Part shown: piece by piece, positions 12,623-24,560 of the stretch
How positions within the stretch are numbered: position 1 is the first letter of the stretch
How the letters are laid out: the number at the start of each line of letters is the position of its first letter
Assembly: GCA_032718475.1 (NCBI GenBank)
Contig: JAUCBJ010002471.1
Span: 15,719 to 79,718 of the forward strand
Length of the DNA stretch: 64,000 nt
Source: Nemertoderma westbladi
Taxonomy: Eukaryota > Animalia > Xenacoelomorpha
Direction of reading: 5' to 3'
Position numbers and translations under genes: made by a program
The notes under the pieces: model-generated
The model's input: the letters and a program-made list of their open reading frames with translations, nothing else
Databases searched by the model: none
What the model was told of the DNA's origin: nothing

Positions 12623-13783
12623 ATGGAATGCGTTAAAGAATTAGTCGATCTCGAAGCGAATGTGGAAGCCCTTAGTCGATCAATCACCAGTTTCGCTATC
12701 GATCTGTACAAGGAGATAATAAAGGATAAATCCGATACCAACATTCTGATCAGTCCATTGAGTCTGACAACGGCGCTATCAATGACATTTGGTGGCACTG
12801 CAGGGGCAACTAAACAACAGATGAGAAAAGTTCTCCATTACAAAGACCTAAAAGATGACGAAATACACGACGCTATTCAGGCAATACAAAACTATCTTTA
12901 TAGAGAAGAAAAGCCCTACACTCTCGATGGAGCTAATAAGTTATACGTGCGACAGGATTATCCGATCAAAGATGAATATCTACAGCTAACCAAAGAGCAG
13001 TACGGTTCTGAGGTAGAGAAAGTCGACTTTGTGAGGTTCCCTGAGGAAGTTCGAATCGAGATAAATAATTGGGTGGCATCCATGACGAGAGATAAAATAC
13101 AGGAAATAGTTGCGGAGGGATGTATCGATGGTGATACCAAATTGGTTCTTGTAAACGCCTTGTACTTCAAGGGTGATTGGGAAAACAAATTCGATCCCAA
13201 GAAAAGCTTCCAAGATAAATTCATTACTGACAAGGAAGGAGAAGTCGATGTGATGTATATGAGAATGTTAGATAGGCGCTTTAACGTAGTTCGTAATAAC
13301 GACTTCACGGTATTGGAGATACCCTACAAAGGAAATGATCTCTCGATGATATTTATATTGCCATATGACGAAATCGCCGCTCTCGAGGCCAAAATTAGCA
13401 ACAAATGGTTCGATAATGTGTTCGAAAAGTTAGAGGAGATCGAGGTGACTGTTTTCATCCCGAAGTTTAAACTTGAAGATTCTTACACTTTGACTGAAAC
13501 GCTGTCGGATATGGGGATGACGGATCTGTTTTCGGAGATATGCGATCTATCGGGAGTGACCAACAGTGCCGGCCTGTCTGTCGAAGGCATTGTACACAAA
13601 ACCTTTGTGTTAGTTAACGAGGAAGGGTCTGAGGCTGCTGCAGTTACTGCTGTATACGAAAGTGACTCCTGCGGGAACCCGTCTATCTGTCTCTCTCGAC
13701 CCTTTCTTTTTGCTATTAGAGACAAAAGGAACGATATTCTGCTCTTCTTGGGTAAAGTTACCAATCCTGGTCTACAAGAGTAA
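12623..13783 (+). CDS. Intracellular serpin (clade-B/ovalbumin-like features), single coding exon, 386 aa
   Basis: NILISPLSL..ALSMTFGGTAG.T..QM, INNWV...T..KI, LVLVNALYFKG.W...F, PKFKLE, HKTFV.VNEEGSEAAAVT hinge and RPFLFAIRD...LF.G.V.NP signature. No signal peptide. AATAAA overlaps the stop. Confidence 0.97.
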   Translation: MECVKELVDLEANVEALSRSITSFAIDLYKEIIKDKSDTNILISPLSLTTALSMTFGGTAGATKQQMRKVLHYKDLKDDEIHDAIQAIQNYLYREEKPYTLDGANKLYVRQDYPIKDEYLQLTKEQYGSEVEKVDFVRFPEEVRIEINNWVASMTRDKIQEIVAEGCIDGDTKLVLVNALYFKGDWENKFDPKKSFQDKFITDKEGEVDVMYMRMLDRRFNVVRNNDFTVLEIPYKGNDLSMIFILPYDEIAALEAKISNKWFDNVFEKLEEIEVTVFIPKFKLEDSYTLTETLSDMGMTDLFSEICDLSGVTNSAGLSVEGIVHKTFVLVNEEGSEAAAVTAVYESDSCGNPSICLSRPFLFAIRDKRNDILLFLGKVTNPGLQE

Positions 13784-14092
13784 ATAAAGAAACATAACTC
13801 TCTCTATGTTATGTAATACAAGCTCCAACTATTGCCTCGCACGCTCGTAATAGTCTAAACTGCTTTAATTTCATTTGAATCTTACATTATTAACCGGGGA
13901 GAAACTTATTTTCATGCGAAACATACACCATGTCCTGGAATAGCCTATATAATAGTTTTTAATTCAGTGACTTGCCCCCCACATGTTTTTTGCACATGCG
14001 CGAGGCTTACTATTTTAAATAAATAAATACACCATATTATTCTAGAACACTTTGTTTGTGTATGAATAGCTACGTAATAGTAAATATATTCA

Positions 14093-15058
14093 AATCATAG
14101 GGTACTCTATTAAAGGCCTTGCAAGCGTGCGCCTTCATAATTAATGGAGGCTGGATTATAACCGGTAGCGTACTGCTGTACTGTGTGTGTGCAGGCATGA
14201 GGAGAGTTCTATAAATTTTCATTTGTTGCAATTTGGTTAATGGACGTAATGAAGCCTCCTCGTTAAGTAAGATACAAAATTCTATGGTAGCTAGTGTTTT
14301 AGGTAGGTTTAGCTAAGTAATTTCGACACTGGTTCCGACATCCTACTTCATTCTATAAATATTTTGTAGTAGCTAGTTCTTATTTTTATTTGTATAGAAA
14401 ATGTTCCAGAACATGTTAGCTATTCATATTTAAAAAAAGATGTTCTAGAACAAATATTTTTTGTTCTAGAACATTTTTTAGAAAAAATCTGGATTCTATT
14501 TAAAACGCATGGAATCGTTCTAAAACGTGTTTAAAATCAATAACAAAAATTTCAACATTTTTTTCAATTAAATTTTTTCACAATTTTTTTTTCACAATTT
14601 TTTTTATTGATGTTTAAACACGTTTTAGGACGATAACATGCGTTTTAAATCGAATCCAGATTTTTTTCTAAAAATGTTCTAGAACAAAAAATATTTGTTC
14701 TAGAACATAATTTTTTCTAAAAATGAATAGATAACATGTTCTGGAACATTTTCTATACAAATAAAAATAAGAACTAGCTACTACAAAATATTTATAGAAT
14801 GAAGTAGGATGTCGGAACCAGTGTCGAAATTACTTAGCTAAACCTACCTAAAACACTAGCTACCATAAAATTTTGTATCTTACTTAACGAGGAGGCTTCA
14901 TTACGTCCATTAACCAAATTGCAACAAATGAAAATTTATAGAACTCTCCTCATGCCTGCACACACACAGTACAGCAGTACGCTACCGGTTATAATCCAGC
15001 CTCCATAAATTATGAAGGCTGCACGCTTGCAAGGCCTTTAATAGAGTACGCTATGATT
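14093..15058. repeat. ~970-bp near-perfect palindrome (core of a foldback element)
   Basis: Arms of ~480 bp are reverse complements, e.g. AATCATAGGGTACTCTATTAAAGGCCTTGCAAGCGTGC versus GCACGCTTGCAAGGCCTTTAATAGAGTACGCTATGATT. The centre lies near 14570-14600, and TGTTCTAGAACA sub-palindromes recur. Confidence 0.95.
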
Positions 15059-15676
15059 CAAATAAATTTAATGTTCCAGAATTCTGGTGTACCTGTATTT
15101 ATTACTTAGGATAAAATGGCATCGCGCAGATGCAAAACCGTGCAACTTTCGAACGCCCATACTGTAGTAACTCAGCTATTTCGAAATAATCTTTCCCGGT
15201 ACCCACGAATCGCTTTAAGGTTAATTAAGGAATAACTGCGGTACTAGAAAATTGTGAATAACTGCTATGTAACTATGTTGCGATATGGACTGAGGCTCCT
15301 TTTTCAAACGCTTACTGATTGGAATTTAGACTCGCCCACTCAAAGAGGAGGGAGGTAAAACTACTGTATCTGTAACAAATTTCATGAAATCTCATTACGA
15401 TATGTAGAAAATTTGCGGGGGGTTGGTCCTTGTAGGCATACCAGAATTATAACATTATTCCAAGACGTGGTGTTATGAGTGATCCATATACAGTATGTAC
15501 TATCACTTTTAATGTTATACCTTGACGTTGTGGCCTTCTTTCACTTTGACTCCAAAATAATGTACATTATACGATCAAACAAATATCTTTACTTTCAAAT
15601 ATGTAATTTAGTGCAATGCTTTCATACTGTATATGATTAAAGTACAATCAATGTGATTTATGTTCTCAACCAAATG

Positions 15677-16883
15677 CCGGTGTCTTAGGCGAATATCTTC
15701 CCCCGCACGGAATGCCCCCCTCCGCCATAGACTTAAGTATACTAATACTGCACTACTGCAGTAGGCCTAGCCAGCACTTTAACTTGGATTTATTTGTTTG
15801 TTTTTTTGGTTAGGGTTAGTTGGTCAAGCCCAAACCCTAATTAAAACTTCAGGTAACCCTCCCTATCCCTAAATCACAAGGCTCTAATCTAAGAAATTTT
15901 GTGGAATTTTGGACCCTCCACCCCTTCATCACCCATTTTAAATCCATCATTAGAGTTTAGTAAAAGAAACCCTATCCTCTATCCTATATAACTGGAAACC
16001 TCCTTTGATGCGTAGTAATTTACAGTAATTTAATTCCGGGTGTTTGAAAAAGGTGGACTGGACACAAAACATGGACAATGGACAGACCAATCACGGATGA
16101 TTTGCGTCACACAGCATGTCCACCTTTTTCAACTTTGTTGTCCACCTTTTTCAAATTTGAATAAGGTGGACTGGGTTGAGAAAGAACAGGCCATGAATTG
16201 ACCAATCAGATTGATTTGCACATTATAGCAGCTCTGTCCACGTTTTTCAAAAAATTTCAGAAGGTTTTTATGTATTATTATTGTTATTATTATCCCATAC
16301 TTAGTGTGACCAACAAAAGTTGTCGAAATAGGCCTAGTTCAATAATATGGGGTGAGCCACGAAGTCTGTGTGTGAGCTGAGCCTTACAGCCTTAGCATCA
16401 ATATTGGAATGTCACTATTCTAACTCATTACAGTATAAAGTTAATTATAATAACTACTTATTGTACTGTGAGGGAAATAAAATATGCTTTATTTACCGTT
16501 CATCCCGAGATCTGTTATTAAACGACCGAGCGCAGCGAGGGAGGTAAATAAGTCCCCATATTTGGGAGTGGCGGTCCGAAACCCTAATTCAAAGTGGAAA
16601 TGTAGGCCTTAAACCTTAATTAAAACTGTCATGTAACCCCAACCTTAAATATTTTGGATCCTAAATTCCACAAAAATTCTTAGATTAGAGCATCGGGACT
16701 TTAAGGTTATAGAGTTACTAATGAAAGTTTTAATTAGGGTTTGGGCCTGAACAACTAACCCAACCACAAATGATAAACCAATAAATCCAAGTTAAAGTGC
16801 TGTACAGTACGTTAGACCTACTGTACTATTATTATACTGTAAGTCTATAGGGGGGGGGGGTATAGATACGCCTAGGACACTGG
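15677..16883. repeat. Diverged ~230-bp inverted repeat pair (15677-15915 / 16657-16883)
   Basis: CCGGTGTCTTAGGCG...GCACTTTAACTTGGATTTATT...CCCAAACCCTAATTAAAACTT...CTCTAATCTAAGAAATTTTGTGGAATTT matches the reverse complement of 16657-16883. Confidence 0.75.
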
Positions 16884-17358
16884 CCCGGCAGCATTCTTAA
16901 TGCAGCTGCTTCCAGCATGCCCATTATAGAGATAATTGAAACCTGAAAAGGGTGCACAGTCCAATCACTAATAAATAGCACTGCTTCAATACGTTTCTGA
17001 TTGGTCAGACTATTATCTATGTTTTTTGTGCATGTGTCCAGTCCACCTTTTTCAAACACACATCTTATTCCCAATTATGTCACTAAGAAAGCGAAATCTT
17101 GAAAGTGGTGGACAGACCAATTGCTACAAACTGCTCTGCATAATACGTTTCTGATTGGTCTGTCCGTTGTCCATGTTTTCTGTGTCCAGTCCACCTTTTT
17201 CAAACACACATCTTATTCCAAATTATGTCACTAAGAAAGCGAAATCTTGAAAAAAGGTGGACAGACCAATTGCTACAAACTGCTCTGCATAATACGTTTC
17301 TGATTGGTCTGTCCGTTGTCCATGTTTTCTGTGTCCAGTCCACCTTTTTCAAACACCC
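16038..17358. mobile_element. MULE-like non-autonomous element with 9-bp TSD
   Basis: TIR GGGTGTTTGAAAAAGGTGGACTGGACAC at both ends. TSD TTTAATTCC at 16029-16037 and 17359-17367. The right end has three ~150-bp tandem copies of the terminal unit. Confidence 0.88.
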
Positions 17359-17607
17359 TTTAATTCCTCGTACCAAAGTTTTTTGTTCATTATTATGAAA
17401 CACTAATTTATTATTATTACGATTCTACCACAAAAACTGTATTTTATTTAAGAAATTATACCAATCTGCAAATCAATCAAAGAAGAGGGACAGTTCCACC
17501 CCTTCAACACCCATTTTAATCTGCACCCCAACAAAAAAGGGAACAATGGAATAATTCAATAGATATTTATTAACAATCTAATATATAAAATAATATACAC
17601 CCCGAAC

Positions 17608-19033
17608 GGATTTGTCGCGTTTCGGCAACTGTCACGTTTAGGCAACTCAAATTCGCGTTTCGGCAACTGAACAATTCCTTTCACAAACTGCTACAGTATA
17701 TACTGTAGTTGTGTTTCGGCAACTCGTAGTTGCATTTCGGCAACTCGTAGTTGCATTTCGGCGAACTGAAGTTGCGTTTCGGCAACTAGTTCACATACGC
17801 TCGTATGTAATGTAACTGTGACTACATTCATTACCGGTATGTAAGTAAATGATAAATGATGACAAGTTTAAAAGTTAGTTATAGTTATTGACGGCAGAGT
17901 TGTTAATTGGTCATTTATATGTGTACATTGGCAGTTTGCACATATGGCTGTGATAAAATATAATTTTGTCGTCTGATTGATAAATGTGGAATTTTTTTCC
18001 ACCCGTGACGTTCCGTCCGTGACGCTGGACAGCTGTTACGCAAACTAACCTAAAATTAGAACTAATCATTGTAAGCTCTCCATTTTGGGCTCAAACTGAT
18101 CCTGAGATATGTCGGATTCTAAATAAAATAACTCTATCGACTGAGTCGAACGCGAGTTGAAAAACCAAAATTGAAATGGGGAATAGATAAACAGTACTGT
18201 ATGAATTAATATCAGATTGAATTTTAATATCAGGTTAAATTAATACTTATAATATATCGAATAATATGTAGACAATATGGAATTAATAACATCAGTTTCT
18301 ATATAAATCGAAGTAGTTGGAGTAGGCTTGGGGAAAATAATGTAGAATGAAAATGAATAATGGGAAATGTAATGAGGCAAAGGTAATAAATAATACTGAT
18401 TTGCTCTGCCCTAATATGTTGATACAATGCGATGTTGACGTTGAGATTCCACCTATCTCTATACCTTAGGCTCTATACAGTATCCAGTTGGCTGAAAAGT
18501 AGTTACTGGAAGTAAAGTATAATTTAGCTACAGTACCTACAGTAACAGTGTTTTACAGTATTAGGCCTAATTGCTTCAGAGTTTATTGCTGTAATACTGT
18601 TGGTGAGACTATACAAGTTTTGACATCAATGAACAACAATCAAATAATTATCATATTGGGTCTGTATTAATGCATCAAACTTTCGTTTTCAACTTTAATA
18701 CAAACTATGTTGCTATATGTACAAATCCAAAGATGGTCTCAATTTAAACCGGCAGTCAAATCATTGGCCTTTGTTTACGAGTTGCTGAAACGCATCTATC
18801 AGTTGCCGAAACGCATCTATCAGTTGCCGAAACGCATCTATCAGTTTGCCTAAGCGCATCCTGTTAACAGTTGCCGAAATGCAACTATGAGTTGCCGAAA
18901 GGAAACTGAGTTGCCGAAATGCATCACTCAGTTGCCGAAACGCAACTTTGTTACCATGTTGCCGAAACGCGACTATGAGTTGCCGAAGCGCGGCTCTAAC
19001 GTTACATCAGTTGCCAAAACGCGACAACACACC
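17608..19033. mobile_element. MULE-like non-autonomous element with subterminal (GTTGCGTTTCGGCAACT)n arrays
   Basis: Inverted arrays at 17612-17790 and 18780-19027. Flanking direct repeat ACACCCCGAACGG at 17597-17609 and 19029-19041 contains the TSD; the exact termini are ambiguous by a few bp. Confidence 0.8.
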
Positions 19034-19244
19034 CCGAACGGGGTAACTACTGTAATCTTGAGAATAGAAAAGGATGGACGACACAGATATAAAGGCCTAC
19101 AATACAAGTACAAATAAACAATACAATGGCATTACATCGATATTGAATCCCAAATGCAAAGAGCGGTGGAGTAGATGGTGTCCCCCCTGAGGTCTTTAAA
19201 ATACCTGTGTGTTTCAAGCTCACTTATCCCAACATAGCAGACTT

Positions 19245-20098
19245 ATATTTACTACGGCACATTCTAAATGTTGCGGTAGACCACGGCATATTTACTACGG
19301 CACATTCTAAATGTTGCGGTAGACCGCGGCACATTTACCACGGCACATTCTAAATGTTGCGGTAGACCACGGCATATTTACTACGGCACATTCTAAATGT
19401 TGCGGTAGACCACGGCACATTCTAAATGTTGCGGTAGACCACGGCATATTCTACATGTTGCGGTAGACCGCGGCACATTTACCACGGCACATTCTAAATG
19501 TTGCGGTAGACCACGGCATATTCTAAATGTTGCGGTAGACCGCGGCACATTTACCACGGCACATTCTAAATGTTGCGGTAGACCACGGCACATTCTAAAT
19601 GTTGCGGTAGACCACGGCATATTTACTACGGCACATTCTAAATGTTGCGGTAGACCACGGCACATTCTAAATGTTGCGGTTGACCACAGCACATTTACCA
19701 CGGCACATTCTAAATGTTGCGGTAGATCACGGCACATTTACCACGGCGCATTCTAAATGTTACGGTAGACCACGGCATATTTACCACGGCACATTCTAAA
19801 TGTTGCAGTAGACCACGGCACATTAACCATCGAACATTCTAAATGTTGCTGTAGAACACGGCACATTCTAAATGTTGCGGTAGACCACGGCACATTCTAA
19901 ATGTTGCGGTTGACCACAGCACATTTACCACGGCACATTCTAAATGTTGAGGTAGATCACGGCACATTTACCACGGCACATTCTAAATGTTGCGGTAGAC
20001 CACGGCACATTTACCACGTCACATTATAAATGTTGCGGCAGACCACGGGACATTTACCACGGCACATTATAAATGTTGCGGTAGACCACGGCACATTA
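19245..20098. repeat. Composite minisatellite of 29-bp (CACGGCACATTCTAAATGTTGCGGTAGAC) and 14-bp (CACGGCACATTTAC) units
   Basis: Directly visible tandem array. The 19393-19737 ORF is its translation artefact. Confidence 0.95.
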
Positions 20099-20321
20099 AG
20101 CTTGTCTTTGTGGTAATGTGACCGTTATGGGTTTCCGTACCTTTGGTGTCCATGTGTTGTCTATATGAGTGAGTAGAGAAGGGAATGTGTCAGATGGTAA
20201 TAGTGTCTGTATGTAGTTGTATCCTAAAGTATTGTTATCTGACTTATGTAAATAGATCGTATTGTAAGTGGAGTGAAGTCGGAGTTAAGAGGTTTAATAA
20301 ACCTGGCCCATATGTTGGGAA

Positions 20322-20900
20322 TTGCTCTCTTTACCACGTCGCCAATCTTGTGCCAATCTCGATTGCTGCACTTCGGTTGTGTGTCGGTACCATCCTGCGC
20401 ATATTGAACTGTCCAAGTCGCTTTCTATGTCGGATTGCAATGTTCAACAATGTGCGCCCCCTGGCGTCATACCGCGGCATTTCTTGTGGCTACAGCATCG
20501 CGCGCTCTTCCTACGCCTTACCTGGCCTGCTTTCTGCACTCAACTTTTCATATTCCAAAAGTGAGCTGGTGTCGCGTATTTCCCTTACCAAGCCGACATA
20601 TCGTGAACTGATCAGCTCAAATTTCATTAGAACTACACTCACACTCAAAACAATCGGCATTGAAGAGAAAAGAGCCAGAATACTCTCATAGTATGGCGTT
20701 TCCTAATCTGATATCCAACTATATTTGCAGCGCAAACTCCTATCATAATCACTTCTACCTGCACTCTGCAATCCACCCCCCCCCCCCCCCCCCCACCCCC
20801 TCCTCACTTAATGATAATATGGTTATGGGGTCGACCCTTCGACATCTGCACCAAGTTTTCTTATTTTTTACAATGGCCTGTTGCGTTTTGCTCCAACATG
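20322..20900 (+). mobile_element. Degenerate L2/CR1-group LINE ORF2 C-terminal remnant
   Basis: LDCCTSVV...LSKSL...VQQCA..VIP....ALFLRLTW resembles LDYCS.VW...L...LE.VQ..A.R.I. Further on, ANSYHNHFYLHSAI resembles the NSFF...I..WN.LP terminus. Confidence 0.4.
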
Positions 20901-21284
20901 CTGTATGTGCTTTTTATTTACCTACATATGTTATCTTTGTCTGATGCGTTTTGCCCAAATATATGTGCACTTTATTTACCTGTTATCTTTATCCTATTGC
21001 CAATGATAAACTGTGCGTATCTACTTATATATGTATATATATTCCTTATATATATATTTTATCTAATATAATACCGGCTCGTCCGGGTGTTTTATGAAAT
21101 GAATGGTATTGCCTTTTGATACAACATTATTCTGAGCTCTTTGTTGGAGTTTGTGCAAGGTTGAAACATTAGTAGTTGCCAGTTGGTGTGTCTGTTGGTT
21201 TCCGTCGTTTACGTCGATGTCTGTCATCTGTAGTAGGACTAATTAGTTATTTGTGATTTCCATAATTAACAAAACTTCTTGCAG

Positions 21285-21854
21285 GTCGTTATATTTCACC
21301 TGGAAACTGCTAGAAACACCCAGTGTAAATATCGGAAATCTGAAAAGTAAGAATTTATTTTGATTTATAAAATATACTCGAAAAATTACCCAAAATGTAT
21401 ATACTCTACATACTCTATTCAGCCATAGAATTGTCTTCTATTTACAGAACAGGAGCACAGCGGAAGTCCTTCACGAAAACAATCCAAGAAATATCCGACT
21501 GTGACCGGAAGTAGTTCGGCAGACAAAGTCGTTCAACTACTATGTAAATCCCAACTTATGATTGTTAACGACGGACACTACAACCAATCACGGTCTGCAC
21601 CTGCCTCACCCACAGCTGGACCCAACCTACCCACCTATCGTAGCAACGACGATGCGACGACTGAAAGGAAGACGACCCCTCCGCCATTACCGATACGCAA
21701 ACCGAGGGCGATGATTCCAGTGGGACGAGCTCATAGCGATGTTCCTACAAGTAATCGACAAGTTACTCACGACGGAGGTGTTGTTAGCGTAAGCGAAAGA
21801 ATAAGAAGACTTAATCTCGGAGAAATTGTGGTACATAAACCAGATTCTGATTAG
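21285..21854 (+). CDS. Putative terminal exons (21285-21346, 21448-21854) of an unknown proline-rich protein
   Basis: Acceptor TTCTTGCAG at 21284, donor GTAAG at 21347 and acceptor TTTACAG at 21447 splice into one open frame: SLYFTWKLLETPSVNIGNLKKQEHSGSPSRKQSKK...PPPLPIRKPR...VSVSERIRRLN...*. No upstream exon identified. Confidence 0.4.
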
Positions 21855-23097
21855 GAATGCGAACTGGAAGATATTAAATTATTTTGGAGATAAAAAGTGT
21901 TTGTTATTGAAATAGAAATTCTGTAGGCGTACAAACATCAGATGGGGGGGGGGGGGGGGCTCGATGCTATCAAAATTAATCGTTCTCAAGGGAAAAAATA
22001 AAAAAACGTTCAAAATAATAATAACGTGATGAATAATTAATTGGTTATAATAACTATGAAATACTAACACAAATACCAACACCGTACACACAGTACCAAC
22101 ACAAACATCACTGATCGTAGTTGTACTGTGTGATCTATGGAAATAAATCAATAAGTTCAGTTGAATCCTAATTCAGTTGTGATTCTCCTATGTAAACATT
22201 GGTGTTAAAATGACAGTCAATGGAAGTTAGCGTTTGTTTGTCAACAATTATCGGCACTCATCTTCCTCTAACACATCTGGGAATTTAACAGCACTCTGTT
22301 CATGAATCATAAAACGATGTTTCTTTAGTAAAACCTTAGAAGAAAAATAATGTAACAAAAATAATGTTACAGATACGGTCAATATGTTTGCATTTGCCAC
22401 GAATGGAACGGCATATCATAATTGAGAAATATTGTATTTGGGCGGAGGGCGGGGTAGCATTACCGGAATATTAGATATTAATACGAGGTTCAAGAAGAGG
22501 GCCCCTCAGTCATTGTGGTACTTGTATATAATTGTTCTTATCACTTTATGGCCGCGGCCGGCTTATCCAATCCGATAGTCTTGATATCCAATCCGCGGTT
22601 GTCTTTCTTCATGAATAATATCTAAAAAATTCGTCAATCTTCAATCTTTTAACCCAAATTTCAAATAAACAAGAAAACAAAAATTTGTACTAATTGATCG
22701 TAACAACAATGATGTCTAAAATCACATGCGACAGGACAATCACGGCTTTATTAAGTTCATAATTAAATTGGGTTAAAATATAAAACTAACTTTCATAATT
22801 AAATTGGGTTAAAATATAAAACTAACTATAAGAACATTCGAAGCAGAAATATAATTAATTATTACAAGGAAAACGTAGACCTTGTTTTCACTATTAGAGA
22901 TATGGTAGGTTAATAGTGGTATTCAAAAATTATTATTAGTTCTTTCGATTAGTTTATTAATTTTTAGTTGTTATTATTAGTATTAGTATTTTTTCTCTAC
23001 ATGTAATACGTAATTTTATTTTTAAATTGGTTGCTTCAGTCTGCAATATAAAATAGAAAGAATAATATTGGGTCTAATTAAGGCCCTATACACACAT

Positions 23098-23230
23098 GGA
23101 TCGTGAGTACCAGTTAAATAACTGGGAGCAAAACTTGGGATAGGAGTAGCGCCCTCTGGGGTAGCAGCTATCGAAAGAGGAGCCTTCGGGTCGCCTCCGG
23201 CTTCGGTCGATTGTTTGCTTGCTTTGCTTT
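23098..23230 (+). mobile_element. 5'-truncated SINE (3' part) with (TTGC)n tail
   Basis: TGAGTACCAG..CTGGG core-like motif, structured tail GGAGTAGCGCCCTC...AGCTATCGAAAGAGGAGCCTTCGGGTCGCC, TTGCTTGCTTTGCTTT end, and TSD TACACACAT at 23089-23097 and 23231-23239. Confidence 0.65.
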
Positions 23231-23239
23231 TACACACAT

Positions 23240-24295
23240 GGATGGTGTTATGCAAAAGGGTGTTAAGCCACAAAAGTTCAATTTGAGATAATCGATGTCA
23301 AAGTATTTAACATCCTGTGTGATCGTTGTTGTATTATCCAGATACTGTTGTGTTTTTATAAGAAAACATTTATGGATATTAAAGTATTTTTCAAGTTAGT
23401 GTGCTAGAATATAGCATTTTATCCGAAATATTGATCAAAATGTGGCTTAACGCTTTGGGAAAACTTCATATGGACGGTGTTATGCAAAAGGGTGTTATCC
23501 CACATTTTGTCGAAATTGAGTTTTTGGTATCATTCGATAAAGGAAAGTGTAATCTACCTAATTATGAGATCCTATTGCCCAATAATACGAGGAAATGCCT
23601 TAAAAATATAATAAAGTTAAGCCACAATCCGGATTTGTGATTATTCAAAGAGTGTTAAACCTCAAATAATATTGCAAAAAAGATTTAATGACACATAATA
23701 ATTGTGTGGCTTGACATCTTTTTGCAAGTATGACACCTTTTGACAATTTAACGTTTTGCCAAATATGAAGTTTACCAAAAGTGTAAAGCCACATTTTGAT
23801 CAATATTTCGGAGAAAATACTACATTCTATCACAAAAATTTAGACTTTAATTCAGACTTTAATTTTCCTAAATGTTTTCATATAAAAACACAACAGTATC
23901 TTGATAATACAACAACGATCACACAGGATGTTAAAAACTTTGACATCGATTATCTCAAATTGAACTTTTGTGGTTTAACACCCTTTTGCATAACACCGTC
24001 CATATTTGGCAAAACGTTAAATTGTCAAAAGGTGTCATACTTGCAAAAAGATGTCAAGCCACACAATTATTATGCGGATTAAATCTTTTTTGCAATATTA
24101 TTTGAGGTTTAACACTCTTTGAATAATCACAAATCCGGACTGTGGCATAACTTTATTATATTTTTAAGGCATTTCCTCGTATTATTGGGCAATAGGATCT
24201 CATAATTAGGTAGATTACACTTTCCTCTATCGAATGATACCAAAAACTCAATTTCGACAAAATTTGGGATAACACCCTTTTGCATAACACCGTCC
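23240..24295. mobile_element. MITE with 4-bp TSD (Sola-like), outer copy
   Basis: TIR GGAYGGTGTTATGCAAAAGGGTGTTA. TSD ACAT at 23236-23239 and 24296-24299. Interrupted by a sister copy. Confidence 0.85.
23472..24001. mobile_element. MITE with 4-bp TSD (Sola-like), inner copy in opposite orientation
   Basis: Same TIR. TSD ATAT at 23468-23471 and 24002-24005. The sequence is the reverse complement of the reconstituted outer copy. Confidence 0.88.
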
Positions 24296-24395
24296 ACATT
24301 AGCTTTCATCATTCATCATTGAAGTAAATACAGTATATTGCTTAGCAACTTAAAATGTTATCATTATAAACTTTATTTATTTACAATTATATTGA

Positions 24396-24560
24396 AATTT
24401 ATTTATATATCGTTTGTATTTTCTTATAATTTATTTATATATCGTTTGTATTTTCTTATAATTTATTTATATATCGTATGTATTTTCTTATAATTTATTT
24501 ATATATCGTTTGTATTTTCTTATAATTTATTTATATATCGTTTGTATTTTCTTATAATTT
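24396..24560. repeat. 32-bp AT-rich tandem repeat, about 5 copies
   Basis: AATTTATTTATATATCGTTTGTATTTTCTTAT repeated in tandem. Confidence 0.95.

Noticed and set aside
22250-22625. Possible minus-strand exons (VLLKKHRFMIHEQ...ECR*)
   Set aside because: The upstream segment has stops in the frames examined; no supportable gene model.
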